From Pseudogymnoascus verrucosus (lineage: Eukaryota): a stretch of DNA of 64,000 nt. Made by a program: the position numbers and the translations under genes. The stretch lies in the NCBI GenBank assembly GCA_001662655.1, contig KV460217.1. One strand, 5' to 3'. Of the stretch, positions 21,412-33,354 are shown piece after piece (positions within the stretch are counted from its first letter, which is position 1; each line of letters opens with the position of its first letter). The notes beneath the pieces are model-generated. The model did not search any database and was not told the origin of the DNA. It worked only from the letters and a program-made list of their open reading frames with translations.

Positions 21412-24400
21412 TCAAAGGCGTGGTTCATGATCTGCAGTCTTGAGAAGTAACTCCGCTATATTCCAGTACTTTTTCTCGATGGCGATAGTGAGCGGAGACT
21501 GATTAGTACAATTTCGTGCGCCAATGTCAATGTCGGCCTTGCTAGTTTCAAGCAGTACTCTTACCACCTGCTCATTTCCCCATTTTGCAGCAATGAAGAA
21601 CGCTGTATTAGCCATGACATCCATTGCGTTAGCTTTGATCTTACTATGCTGAAGTAGCATCGCCGCTGGCCCATGCTGAGATTTTGCCGCATATGAGAGC
21701 GCCGTTCTATTGAACGTGTCTTTTGCGTTAACTTCAATCTTACTATGCTTAAGGAGTAGTGCCACTGCTCCCTCACGTCCAAGCCTTGCAGCACACATGA
21801 GCGCTGTTAGGCCCCAATTTTTTTCTGTGTCGCCTTCAGCCTTTCTCGGTTTTGCTTTGATTTTGGCGTTGACGTTAACCTTGCTATGCTGGATCTGGAT
21901 CTGAGAGGGAATTGGAGCATCTCCAATTCCCTCTCAGATCTAAGTTCTACAGCATATATAAGCGTAGGAAATCCGATGGCGTCTCTCCTGTTGACTTGAA
22001 TATCACTGCGTCGAAGTGACAGCTCCACTACAGCCTCGTGTTGCCCTCCGATGGCTAACATAAGCAGCGTCCAATCGTCAAAATCTTGCATATTAACGTC
22101 AATTTCGTTCGAAGTTCTCTGGAACAGGTTTTTAATTGTTCTGTCTGCGGTAGACTGTCTCTCGTTGCTATTAGGATCATTTTGGGGCTTTAGAATCAAC
22201 TGGACAAGCTTAAGAAGTCCGTTCTGTGATGCTATGTGCAAGAGAGTCATGTGTGTCTCTCTATATTGAACCTCCTTGAAGGAAGTGTTTAGGAGCTGCC
22301 CGTAGAGTTGTAGTAGCTCTCCTTGATTGGGATTTATATTTTCTACTATTTTTGCATGGTATGTCCAGTGAAAAGTTGCGTAGCAAAAGAAGGGATGGTC
22401 ATCATCAAAGGCAATGGTGTTTGAAACCGGTCTATGGTTTGTCGTAGTGTCTTGTAGTGCCCGTACAGTATAGTATCTTGCAAGTATTTCCTTTGAAAAC
22501 AAATAATGTATGCAAGACTTTAGTAGCTGTAGATGTACACGGCCAACGAAATCAAGGGCTGAAGGCCCAGAAGTTGGAGCGCCGTCGTCGAGGTACCGCA
22601 GCCCCCTTGAGACTAGGTAGTCGTACACTGATTGGTGTCTTAGATGCACAGTGTGTTCTTCGTCGTGCTTGTTGATTACTACCAAGTTGCACGAAAGCCT
22701 TTTTATCATATTTACCATTTTGTGATGATTTCTTCTGCACTCCACTGACTTCTGCCATACTAGACCAGATGGGTCAAATGCCATTGCATCGTATAGCTCG
22801 TTCACATGTAGAGGTCGCCGGGAAAAACAAATCCAGCGTAGAAGTCGCAGCGATTGTGATCGATAGATTATATCCATTATCTGAAAACTCTTATCATAAA
22901 GGTCGTCGAGTCCTTCAGGGAGATCTCCCAGAAATTCAAGAATGTGTTTTAATGGTGCAAAGCCTTTGATTAAATCTTTAGCCTTCTTAACGACAATAAC
23001 AGCCCATTGAAAAATGCCAGAGGCCATTTCCACAGTCCACTTTATAAGTTCTCGAGCCTCATAGTGCTTTCCATTGATTCTAGCGATTTTGTTCTGCACA
23101 TAAGTCCATATGTCTTGTCGATTTTTGTTCCCAATCGATATTTTGAGACCACCGTTCGCTAAGAAAGGGTAATCTCGGCGGGAGATACAGACATTCAAGC
23201 TAATTCCAAATCTGTCTTGTGATGTCAAGCTTTCGAAGTACTCTGCTAACTCCATAGGTACCTCACCGCCGTTAGGTACGTTGCCGCCGAACTCATCAAG
23301 TGCATCTATGTAAACACGAAGTATGTATTCCTCTGGATATCTCTTTGCGATGTGTAACATAAAATCCTCTAGCATTTCTTTCAGGTCACGTTCATGCCAC
23401 TCCCATTTTATTCCAGGTTCGCCTTGTAACTCGCATCTTTTGTCGAACTCCGAAGTTAAATCAGACGGCCATGTTGGAATCTGTCGTAGGATCTGGTGCA
23501 GCAGAGAGCGAAACAACCCAATGCGGGTTTTCTGAAGAGGGGCACCAGCACTGTAGCAGAAGAAAGAAACCAGAATGATCTTTTTCTGGGCTCGCTGGGG
23601 TGGTCCTTGCTTGTCGACCTTAGTTTCTGTCTGCAAAGTGTCTTGCTCGTATATGTATTTCATAAGCGTCGATTTTCCTGACCCAGGGATCCCAATAATC
23701 CATAGCAGACTTTGGCTTTGCGCAAGCCAGGATTTGTAGTCAGGTTCGTCACATAGCCACTCGCATGTGTCTTCCACAGCTTCTGATATGTCCTTTTTGT
23801 GGTGCTCCATCTCGGGAAAATACAAGGATTGTAGAAGAGCTATAGAGTAAAATCAATATTGAACTGGATATAAAATGCGATTGATTAAGACAAGACATAC
23901 TAATAGAGTTCTGAAAACCGGAAAAGTCTATATAGCATACATTTGTTAAACCAAAACATCGTTCTCATTAAGGTGCGTCCTTACTATGATAATTGAATGC
24001 CCCTGCCCCATTATTATTTAGCTGCGGGCCCTTTCCTGTATTACTGTTCGTGTAAGTGCCTTCTCCAATATTATTATTCGTGACCCTCCTCGCTATGTTA
24101 TTTCCACTTCCCGAGCTGTGCTGAATGATAGATCCACTATCTTCAGGGATCGAAGGAGGCATGTCGAGCATTTCTTGAATCGCCTCTTCAAGTTTCTTAA
24201 TTTCATCCCCAGTCGCCGTTCCCATTAATTTGTCGCACGTCACCAGCTTAATGTGCTCCATAATCTCTCCCATTAATTCCTCTACTCGCTTCCCCTTGCC
24301 TACTGCAGCGACGGCCTTTTTATACCGTTCCAACCGGTTGGCATCTGCATCGGGTAGAACCGCTTTGAATATTTTGTTTAGCGCTTCGACCTTCTCGTGG

Positions 24401-24645
24401 CAGGCCCTGATATTGTTCTCGGCTTCATTCGTTTGCTCGTCATCGAGCTTCGTTGCCTGTCCTTTCTTCTCTGCATTTCGAAGGATCGTAAGCACCAGTG
24501 GAAATTTCGCAGCAATGCTACGAAACTCTTTGGGTAGGCCTTTGGCGTCTTTGTAGGCTGAGTGGAGAGATTTCGTGGATTTGACGATTTCGATTGTTCC
24601 TGTGATGAGGCTAATGATGACCCCAACCTCACCAACGATAGACAT
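21412..24645 (-). CDS. Fungal NLR: SesA (HeLo-like) N-terminal domain, G/N-rich amyloid-like motif, NACHT, ankyrin repeats; frameshifted in the ankyrin region
   Basis: ATG 24645 (MSIVGEVGVIISLITGTI...AYKDAKGLPKEF). Introns 23984-23928 and 23900-23840 around a 27-nt exon join it in frame to LLQSLYFPEM...TCEWL. Walker A GIPGSGKST, Walker B VYIDALDE, ankyrin repeats (TLLHIASQNG, TALSYAA, SPLTIA). Frame break at ~21890-21910. Confidence 0.85.
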
Positions 24646-25602
24646 GACGAGAACAGCTGAAATACAACTGTCAGTACTTTTAACAACTGTGACAACAACG
24701 GATTTTCCCACCTAGCGTTTTTCGACACTATTTCTCTAAGCAGTTGATATCTAACCTCAACTTACAGAAGGGTCGAAGTCGTTATTGTATGTGGATTCTC
24801 TTCTCCTCACGGCACGCCCGCCTAGCCTCGTTTGTGACGACCACCATGTCGGCTTGCATCTTCACCGACTGGACGTCTATAAGTGGCGCAACTGAGCAGG
24901 ACTTGACTGGCTAGCCTTGTTAACGTAAACATACATTGTACTAAACTCCGCGGAAGTGTTCAACATGCCAATCGGGTGTTCAGTATCTGAAGGGGGGCGC
25001 TGGTTGTTCCATCCACCAAACCTAATGATGTTTCCATATAAGTAACCGGATCTCATCTTCGCCAATTAGGAGAGGTCGATAGCGAGACTCCTAGGAATGA
25101 GCCGTCGCAAAATTGGACAGCACTCCTGCCACGAAACTATGAGTACCTGCTCAAGACGAGTGTACGAAGTCACCATCCAGGCTGTTGTTGAGCTGTAACT
25201 GCGGACACCTTGCCAAGGGCAACCCAACTATTTCGGCTTTCTTTGACTGTGGCCGTATATGATAATTGCTCCCATATGTAGTCTAAGTAAACCAGTATTA
25301 GTGGGAGGCTCGGCAGTCGAGATGAGTTGCAGTAGTCAGGGCATATAATAGATGAGGCAGTAGGATGCGAGTGATGGAAACGAAGATCCAAGAGGCGAGA
25401 GCGGGCGCCAACTGACCGTCGTCCTCGAATGGCAGTTTGCGCAATAGCCTCAATCACGTTTGTATCAGAGCCAACGACAGGACAAATATCTTCTCTTATT
25501 ACAGATAAACAGCACACTTGACTTATCTCTTCACTGGCAGTTGTATATTCTTGTATGCATTGATTAACAGCCATGATATCGTGCCCTAGTATACACCCCA
25601 GC

Positions 25603-27534
25603 CTAAGAACTACAGCTACACTGCATCCCCCTCCCCTCCCTTGGCACATCTCCCACCCACCTCTCCTCCTCCTCCCGGTCTCCACCCCACGTCTCCTCAA
25701 AGGGGTTCAGCGCCATCTTCATCACGCGCCCCAGTACCTCCCTCTCCCCTTCCTTCTCCACGCGCCGAATAACCTCGTCCAGGATCCACGATCGCGGGAT
25801 GAAATTCGGGTTCACAGCCCTCATAGCCGCTTGCCTCTCCTCCTCCGCCTCCGCTGTAACTTCCTGTGCGGCCCAGTCCTCTACAACTCTCGCACGCCAC
25901 TTATCCAACCACACGCCAACACGCTCCCTCGCCACAGCCTCATCCCCAACCACCCCCTCCTTATGGAAGAACAACCCCGCCTTCTCCTTCCTACCCTCCT
26001 CGGTCTCAATCTCTTTAATGTACACCCCACTCAGCCGGCGGAAGAACTGGTTAAAATCCAGCTTCAGCGCCTCCATCGTATCTAGTAGCTCGCTAAACAG
26101 GGTTTCGAAGTCATCTGGCTTGTGAACCTTGAGTCCCAGGCGCGCAGTCATGAGGCGCTTGTACTCTTCCAGGAATACCGCCTTGTACTCCTCACCCGTA
26201 CGTGTGATGAGCCCCTCGGCGCGCGAGACGAGCTCGTCGGCGTCTTCCTGCCTGACACCTTTTTCGACGAATTCAGCAGCGTCGACGCCAGCGCCAGCGC
26301 CGATTAGCTCGCCGAGGGTTTCGCCCAGGCGCACGAGGTTCCACCAGATGATAGTGGGCTGGTTGCGGTAGGAGTAGCGTAGCATGCCGTCGTCGTGGTT
26401 TGGGGTGTAGTTAGGGTCGAAGGTGTCGAGGAAGGCAAAGGGCCCAAAGTCGAGGGAGAGGCCCATGAGGGATGTGTTGTCAGTGTTGAGGACGCCGTTG
26501 GTGAAGGCGTAAGCTTGCCACGCTGCAACGGTCTTGGCGTTGCGGCGGGTTATTTCGCGGTAGAGTCTGGCGTATCGGTTTTCCTCCAACCCAGACGGAC
26601 CGTCGATTGTGTCTTTTTCAATGGGGGTAGATGGGGGCTCAGCAGTATCTTGCTGGTCGTCTGGGAGGCGAGCGGGAAGGGAGCTCCACCCGCTGAAGAC
26701 ATGCTCGGCGGTGTAGTCGGCGAGCTTGCGGATGAGGTCCCTGTCACCACGGGCGCGGAGGAGATCAAATGTACCGATGCGTAGCCACGATTGTGCAAAC
26801 CGTGTTACGATTGCTCCCGGTTCCGTCCTTTCGCGGCGGACCTTCGAGTGTGGGAGGAGAGTGAGGGACAGGGCACGGGTGGTTGGAATGCGAAGGGCAT
26901 TGAGTGCTTCGGAGACGACGAATTCGCGGATCGATGAGCGCAGGACTGCCTTGCCATCTGCGAAGCGCGAGTATGGCGTCATCCCAGCTCCCTTCAGTTG
27001 TAACTCGTATCTAGTCTTCGTATCAGGGTTTGTCGTCTCGAATAGGGAGATGGCGCGGCCGTCGCCGAGTTGACCGGCCCAGGACCCGAATTGCCAACCT
27101 CCGTAGCATTGTGCCCAGGGGTATCCCCCTTCTTGCTTGTCTTCGTTCCACCCAAGTAGCCTATTACCAGCAACGAGCTGGCGGAACTCTTCTGTCTCTG
27201 CTTCCTCTGGCTTTATCCCCAGGTCTCTTAGTGCCGCGGTGCTAACTCCGAGTAGTTCAGGGTCCACCGCCTCCTCAGGGCGCACCCAAGTAAACAGGGC
27301 ACCTTTGACCATCCGAGGGCCTAGATCATCTCTCGGTGTCTTATGTGATATCGCTGGGCTTGGAAACGCAGAGTCGGCAGGCAGATTGGCCGTAAAGTTC
27401 CATGACTTCCGGAGATCCTTCAGGGCTACGCCTCGGGAGGGGCCACGGGAGGAGGCGCTGCTGGTGATATGGGACGACATCTGCGCGAAACGTGCGCAGG
27501 TGTTCACAGGTCGTATCAATTGTCGGAATAGCAT
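25603..27534 (-). CDS. FMP40: Protein adenylyltransferase SelO / Fmp40 (mitochondrial)
   Basis: YGGWQFGSWAGQLGDGRA, QLKGAGMTPYSRFADGKAVLRSSIRE, GVLNTDN, DFGPF and C-terminal QCSCSS. Arg-rich presequence from M at 27534. Confidence 0.96.
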   Translation of the reverse strand: MLFRQLIRPVNTCARFAQMSSHITSSASSRGPSRGVALKDLRKSWNFTANLPADSAFPSPAISHKTPRDDLGPRMVKGALFTWVRPEEAVDPELLGVSTAALRDLGIKPEEAETEEFRQLVAGNRLLGWNEDKQEGGYPWAQCYGGWQFGSWAGQLGDGRAISLFETTNPDTKTRYELQLKGAGMTPYSRFADGKAVLRSSIREFVVSEALNALRIPTTRALSLTLLPHSKVRRERTEPGAIVTRFAQSWLRIGTFDLLRARGDRDLIRKLADYTAEHVFSGWSSLPARLPDDQQDTAEPPSTPIEKDTIDGPSGLEENRYARLYREITRRNAKTVAAWQAYAFTNGVLNTDNTSLMGLSLDFGPFAFLDTFDPNYTPNHDDGMLRYSYRNQPTIIWWNLVRLGETLGELIGAGAGVDAAEFVEKGVRQEDADELVSRAEGLITRTGEEYKAVFLEEYKRLMTARLGLKVHKPDDFETLFSELLDTMEALKLDFNQFFRRLSGVYIKEIETEEGRKEKAGLFFHKEGVVGDEAVARERVGVWLDKWRARVVEDWAAQEVTAEAEEERQAAMRAVNPNFIPRSWILDEVIRRVEKEGEREVLGRVMKMALNPFEETWGGDREEEERWVGDVPREGRGMQCSCSS

Positions 27535-28018
27535 GCCATATATACCAGTAATATATATGTAAGAAAGCGCTGAATAATGTATGGAGATGAAATAAAGTGC
27601 TGAGGGCGGCGGGAGTGACGTTATGCCGTAGCCGGATAACAAGCCTCAAACGTGGGATTTGTGGCGATAACCGATAAGGAAACAGCTCAAATATAGATCT
27701 CGATTTCTTCAAGTATAATTTTACACAATGCTGGATTCCAGGCTCATTCTAGAGGGGCAAAGTAAATTTCTTCATAGTTCATTCATATCTACCGCTAATT
27801 AATGTAAATTGGACCCTGAAGTCTACGGCAAACCAGTTCCGGTAGGCTCCACCTGTCTACCGACAGTAGTGCAACAGAGCTCGTCATACCCCGCCATTGC
27901 CCCTCAAATATATGTCTACACTTCCCATTTTTAACGCATTCTGTGTGCAATTCCTCGGTATTAAAGCCGAAGCTGCGATAAAGCTACAACAATAATTCTA
28001 TCTTAACAATTTGTCAAC

Positions 28019-29031
28019 ATGAATTCCACTACAGCTTCCTACAACCCCTCTCATGAAGGGAACACTAGTGCCGATTCCCCAAAAGAGGTCCAAGGAGTCC
28101 CAATCCTCGCACTCAACGATGGCCACAAGATCCCCATGGTTTGTTTTCACTTCTGATTCCCATTCTCGCAAACTTCAAGCTAACCGTATCCCAGCTTGGC
28201 TATGGTACCGGCACCGCCCAGGCCCGTGTAGGGAACACCGGCAACGACATAGACGAATCTCTTGTAGCTACGATCCTCATGGCCATCCACGCCGGCTACC
28301 ACCACCTCGATGGCGCCGAATATTACGGTAACGAGCGCGAGCTCGGTGAAGCAATCAAGCAATCCGGCCTCCCCCGCTCAACCTTCTTCGTCACCACCAA
28401 AATACCCGGCACCGAACCCACAGACACTGAGGCTAGCATCACCGCCTCCCTCGAGAAACTCGGCCTCGACTACGTGGACCTTTACCTCATTCACGCTCCC
28501 TTCTTTGCCTCCACGGACGCTGAACTGCAGGCCAAGTGGGCCGAGTTTGAAGCCGTCAAGGCCAGCGGCCGCGCACGTAGCATTGGCGTTAGCAACTTCT
28601 TGCAGTCGCACCTCGAGACGATCCTCAAGACCGCCAAGGTCGTGCCAGCCGTCAACCAGATTGAGTACCACCCATACCTACAGCACAAGGGCCTGGTAGA
28701 GTTTAACCAGGAGCACGGAATCGCGACAGTTGCGTATTCGCCGCTGGCGACGCTGCTACACGCGCGACCAGGGCCAATGGACCGCTATTATTCGAACTTG
28801 GCAGCGAAATATGGGGTTACTGAGGCGGAGGTAGCGTTGAGGTGGGTAGTGGACCAGGGGATGGTGGTGCTGACGACTAGTTCGAAAGAGGATCGGTTGA
28901 AGGGATACTTGGCGAACATTGGGAGGTGGAAGCTGACGCCGAGAGAAGTGGACAATATTAAGGAGATTGGAAAGGAGAAGCATTATAGAGGGTATTGGAA
29001 GAACAAATTTGCGGCTGACGATAGGTCGTAG
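28019..29031 (+). CDS. Aldo/keto reductase
   Basis: Exon 1 (28019-28138) ends LNDGHKIPM; intron 28139-28194; then LGYGTGT, HLDGAEYY, LGLDYVDLYLIHAP, IGVSNF, NQIEYHPY. Confidence 0.95.
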
Positions 29032-29310
29032 AGTTGCAAAGATAGTTCTCAGGTTACTCGCGCGCCAAAGCGCCAACTATTTAATTCTTCTAATGTCTTG
29101 TCTTGAAATTTGCATTGTGTTTAGAATTATCATTGTGGAGGCTGTATATAGCCACTTTCCTGAAGGCAGAATGAAGGCTAGTTTCCATGGGTATTCCGAT
29201 TCCTATAGTAAACTCCGTGTGCCACAGCTCATGACGTGCAAGAACTCCTAGTAAACTCCAAACGCCAGCTCATGCACCAAGAACCCATTTCTTTCACCTC
29301 AATCTCAATC

Positions 29311-30182
29311 TCACCTCGTCGCGCCGCTTCCCTCCACTCTTGTCCCCACCAACGCCCCCATCCTCTTCCTCTCATTCTCCAGCGCCCTCTTCTTCCCCTC
29401 CACCACCAAATTACTCTGCAGCTCATACGCCTTCATTTTCGCTGCTGCCTCAGCCGTCAACGCCAACACCTTCTCCGCCGCTCCACGCCCCAACTCCTCT
29501 CCCTTCGGCCGCTTCCACTTCTCCCTCTCCGCGGGGTCGCGGATCCAGTCTCCACCTCTGAACTCGAACTCCCTACTCGTTTTCTTTGGGTCTGGCCTTG
29601 CCGCCAGGCGCGAGATAATTGCATCCATCTCCTCTGCCGTAACATCCTGCGACGCTTCGCTCACTCCCCCTTCCGCGGCAGCGCGCACCTTACCACGCTC
29701 AGCGGCAATGATGCGATCACGTTCCTGGAGAGCAAGGTGAATCTGTACCCGCTTTGCAGCTTTCTTCTGTGCGGTGAGGTTCTCAATCGTCTGAACGAGG
29801 GTAGCTTCGCGGGTTAGGGGCGCAGAGGAGGGGATTGTGGGAACTCCGTGGAAAGGGAGGAAGATGGAGGGGAGGAGGCTGATGGTCGGGGGAGTAGGTG
29901 TGGCTGGTGTGGCAGGCTGTAGGTTGTTAGTCAGGCATTTGAGGAGTGAGCGTTAGGAGTCCATACCGACGTGGTTGTGTCTGTTAGCTGTACCGGTGGC
30001 GGAGGTGAGATACGGTGTCGCTTTGGCTCGTCGAATCGCTGAGGCACATCAAACGAGACGCGTTTGGCAAGAGGTGGCCTGTTTGAAGGTGGAGGTGGTC
30101 TAGCTGGGAATGTATGGCTTCTTTCCAGGGCAGGAGACGCTGGGGCTGCGGGCGCCGTCGTGTCGATCTCCATCGGGTCCAT
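29311..30182 (-). CDS. Hypothetical protein (Pro-rich N-terminus, charged helical C-terminus)
   Basis: ORF 30182 splices (GTATGG...CTAAC...CAG, ~29964-29917) into a stop-free frame continuous with ORF 29311..29688. Confidence 0.65.
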
Positions 30183-31092
30183 TATTGCCCTAGTGGTGAT
30201 GTTGGCGTGGAGGTGAACTCGAATTTTGATTACTGATCAGGTTGAGGTTGAGGTGTAGGTCTAGACTAAAAGCTTTGTTGAGTGTTCTGGCGGCTAGAAG
30301 GCGCGCCTTCCTAATTGATCCTTGTAGGTGCGGCTTAATAGGTCTAGATATAGAGGTGAGAGTCTGCCATAATGCTGGATTTATAATCCGAGAGGAAAAC
30401 GCTTATGAGGGTGTTACGTTACACGCTCTTGATGCAAGCCTTTCCTTTGTGTAGGTGAATTCTAGGCTCACCTTTACTCAACACTAATACCAATGAACAG
30501 GTTGCCTGTGTAGTTAAAACTACTTGGAATGAATTTAGACATGTAGTTTTGTGGCCATCTGCTCACTTACTACCTATCACATCAAACAAAATCCAAGCCC
30601 TTATTAATGAATAATTTGTTCCTGTTCATCCAAGGAGGTTGTTCCAACAGATTAGGCTGAGAGAAAGGGGAACCACGTGCATTCATGGGTTGGTGTTTGT
30701 AGTCACGTGGAATCTAGTATCTGGTAGGTAGGGAGGGAACTGCCGACTTAGCCCTTAGTATTAGATCAGCAAATCCCGTAGAAGAGAAATCGTGATATCA
30801 TGCATCTAGATCGCCGAGGTTCGTATAGAGCCTCACGCTACTGGCAGCAAGACCTGCGCTTTGTCAGAAATGACGTGAAGCGCGAAGCAATATATGCAGA
30901 AAGCTTCGGCTTGCTTTCCCCGCGTTTGTTGGGTAAAAGAGGGGTCCGAGAGCTTCATATTAATACTCATGTAATTTATTTTTCTATTGCTATATATACG
31001 AGCAGAAAACCCCATCGTCTATATAAGCTTTCTCTATAGGATCTACCCTTATAATACAGCATACATACACTCTACTAAACGAACCATCTACC

Positions 31093-31597
31093 ATGTCTAC
31101 TCAAACAGGAAGCTGCTGTTGCGGCAACATCAAGGTCACCGTCACCGGCGAGCCTGTGAAGAACGCATGTCCTACAAATCGCCGTGAACATGAACGTAGT
31201 ATCTAACAGCATACTAGGTCCTCTGCCACTGCCTCGATTGCCACAAGACCTCGGGTTCGGTGTTTAGCCACAACGCATTAGTACTTGACAAGGACTTCAC
31301 TCTCGTCTCCGGTACCTAGCCTCGCCCCCTTCCCTGCTCCTCTCTTTTCCCACACTGACGTCTCTAGGTACTCCTAAGGAGTTCACTAAGAAAGGCGACT
31401 CTGGGGGCGTCATCACGTCGCACTTCTGCGGCGATTGCGGCACGACGCTGTGGCGTAGCGGTGACTTCTTTCCGGGAGGGAAGATCGTGAAGACGGGCAT
31501 CATAGATGATCTGACTTGGGTGGGGGAAAGGCAGGCGACGGGTGAGCTGTTCCCCGAGCGCAAGACCGCGTGGATTCCCAATCTCGTGAAGTCATAA
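31093..31597 (+). CDS. GFA / Mss4-like (CENP-V family) zinc-binding protein
   Basis: Not in the ORF track. Exons 31093-31164, 31218-31311 and 31368-31597 give GSCCCGNI...LCHCLDCHKTSGS...HFCGDCGTTLW. Confidence 0.9.
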
Positions 31598-31776
31598 GCT
31601 TGAAAATGTGGTTGAGAGTGCGACGTGTTTAAATTTCTTGGTGTTGGATTTGGTATATAGTGATATACAATGGAGAGTTTGTGGCGATTCGGGGGTTAGA
31701 ACTGCCGTGACAACTGTGATGACAACTGCCGTAGCCGTGAATGTTATTATCAGCAGCTGATGTAATCGGACTGGGT

Positions 31777-32849
31777 TCAGCGAGGCGGTAAGAATTGCCG
31801 TATGTAAGCTCTCCCCTGTCTGAGAAACTCCCGCACCAGATCCTCGAGTCGGCGATCCTTCTTCTTCCGCATCCAAATGAGTACCAGCATCAGGAAGAAC
31901 GCATCGAAGGCCACCTGCTTTAATGCAGCAAATAGCAGCCAGCCCAGCCAGGCGCCAATCGTGCGTCGCCTCTTGTCCCTCCACTCCCTCCCCGAAGCAA
32001 TCTGCTCCCGCAGCGCTGCTACCTCGGCAGTCATCTTCACTAACGTCGACTCAACCTTCGTCCTCCAGGGCGTCCCCTTCGCCTTGTCTGCATCCTGGAT
32101 GTCCTCGTCCGACCCATCCTCCCCCTCAACAAGTCGCCGTACGTGTTCCCTGTCCGCCTCATCGTCCTGGGACATAGGGCTTAGCACTTTCATCGGGCCC
32201 TCGCTGCCTGACATGGGCGCCGTAAATCTACGTCCCGACCCTCCGCGGGGTGGTGACGAATTTGACGAGCTCGCGCTGTTATGTTTAATTTGGTCCCAGA
32301 CGAACTCTAGTTCGGCAACTAGCTCCCTCGAGTCCCTGTACATACTTGCGTTAGTAACCAGTATCGAGAGGTGCAGTATGGGAAACTCACGAAGTCGTAC
32401 TCGCATAACGGTGCATAGTCTCGATCAATGCTTCGATATACCTTCTCTTAGCCTCCGTCCGGCTAACACCCTTTTGTGCATCCCAAGCATCCCACTTCTC
32501 CTGCTCCCTTATTGTGTCCTCATCTTTCGTATATCCCCCACCACCCGGCCTATCCATCACGCCATCCACATCCCCCTCCATAGCTTGTTTGTATAATCCA
32601 TAGAGGCGTAGGCGGTCGGCCGGTGGCGGCCGAGCAGAACCGGTACGTGGGATTTTCTTGACGGTGTTGAGGGCGTGCACAAACACACGATCTAAAGTAG
32701 GGAACATTGTCAGTCTACGTTCTTCGAATTGAGGTCCGGAGGTCAAGTGGTAGGCATAAGACAGAGTACACGCGACATCCGGAGGTCCGTATGAGGTGCT
32801 CTGAGGCAAGGTATCAAGGGGTTGCAAACTCACCAACTGAGTCAGCCAT
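31777..32849 (-). CDS. ATG37: Acyl-CoA-binding membrane protein (Atg37/ACBD5-like)
   Basis: MADSV spliced to DRVFVHAL...RLRLYGLYKQAMEGD...KWDAW...AKRRYI (ACBP domain), then coiled coil and C-terminal TM segment. Confidence 0.88.
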
Positions 32850-33354
32850 CCTGTCAGCGTTATGTCATTGAAGCCAATGTCGCCCTGATAGCAAGTGTAG
32901 AAAGCGCGTCTGAGATATAAATCCAGAGCAGAGCGCTAGTTATATCGTTGCCAGAAAGGACAAGCCGCTATTATAGTGATGTTTGGAGATTAAAGGTCAT
33001 GCATTGGGTCCAGCCGGACGGCTCCACGAGAAAGTATGGGGGGGAGCCGAGGCACGGCGGTACCATTTGGCAGGCACAGAAGTGACAGCCAACGCGTTCG
33101 CCCGTGACAGCCGATAAGAAGGTGCGATAAGCGTGAGTATGGCTGGAGAGCCAAACCCCAAGGTGGCGTACTACTATTCAGAAAATGCTTATGAATCCAT
33201 ATGGCAGCCTCGCATCTTCCACCACTATCTATGTGCTGTAATATATTTCCTACAACAACAACCCCTTCTATACAATGATACAATAACATCGATCTCTAGA
33301 GATTCGTTCTCTCATTATTTGATATACACACACCACATACCGATATACAGCACA

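Noticed and set aside
21412..21798. Stand-alone 128-aa ankyrin gene
   Set aside because: It is the out-of-frame continuation of the NLR ankyrin array.
24877..25570. Short ORFs between the NLR and FMP40, considered as a possible separate amyloid-effector partner
   Set aside because: No recognisable lipase, HeLo or amyloid motif and no convincing gene structure.
25603..25625. Selenocysteine recoding in SelO
   Set aside because: The C-terminus is CSCSS with Cys codons and a TAG stop; there is no in-frame TGA.
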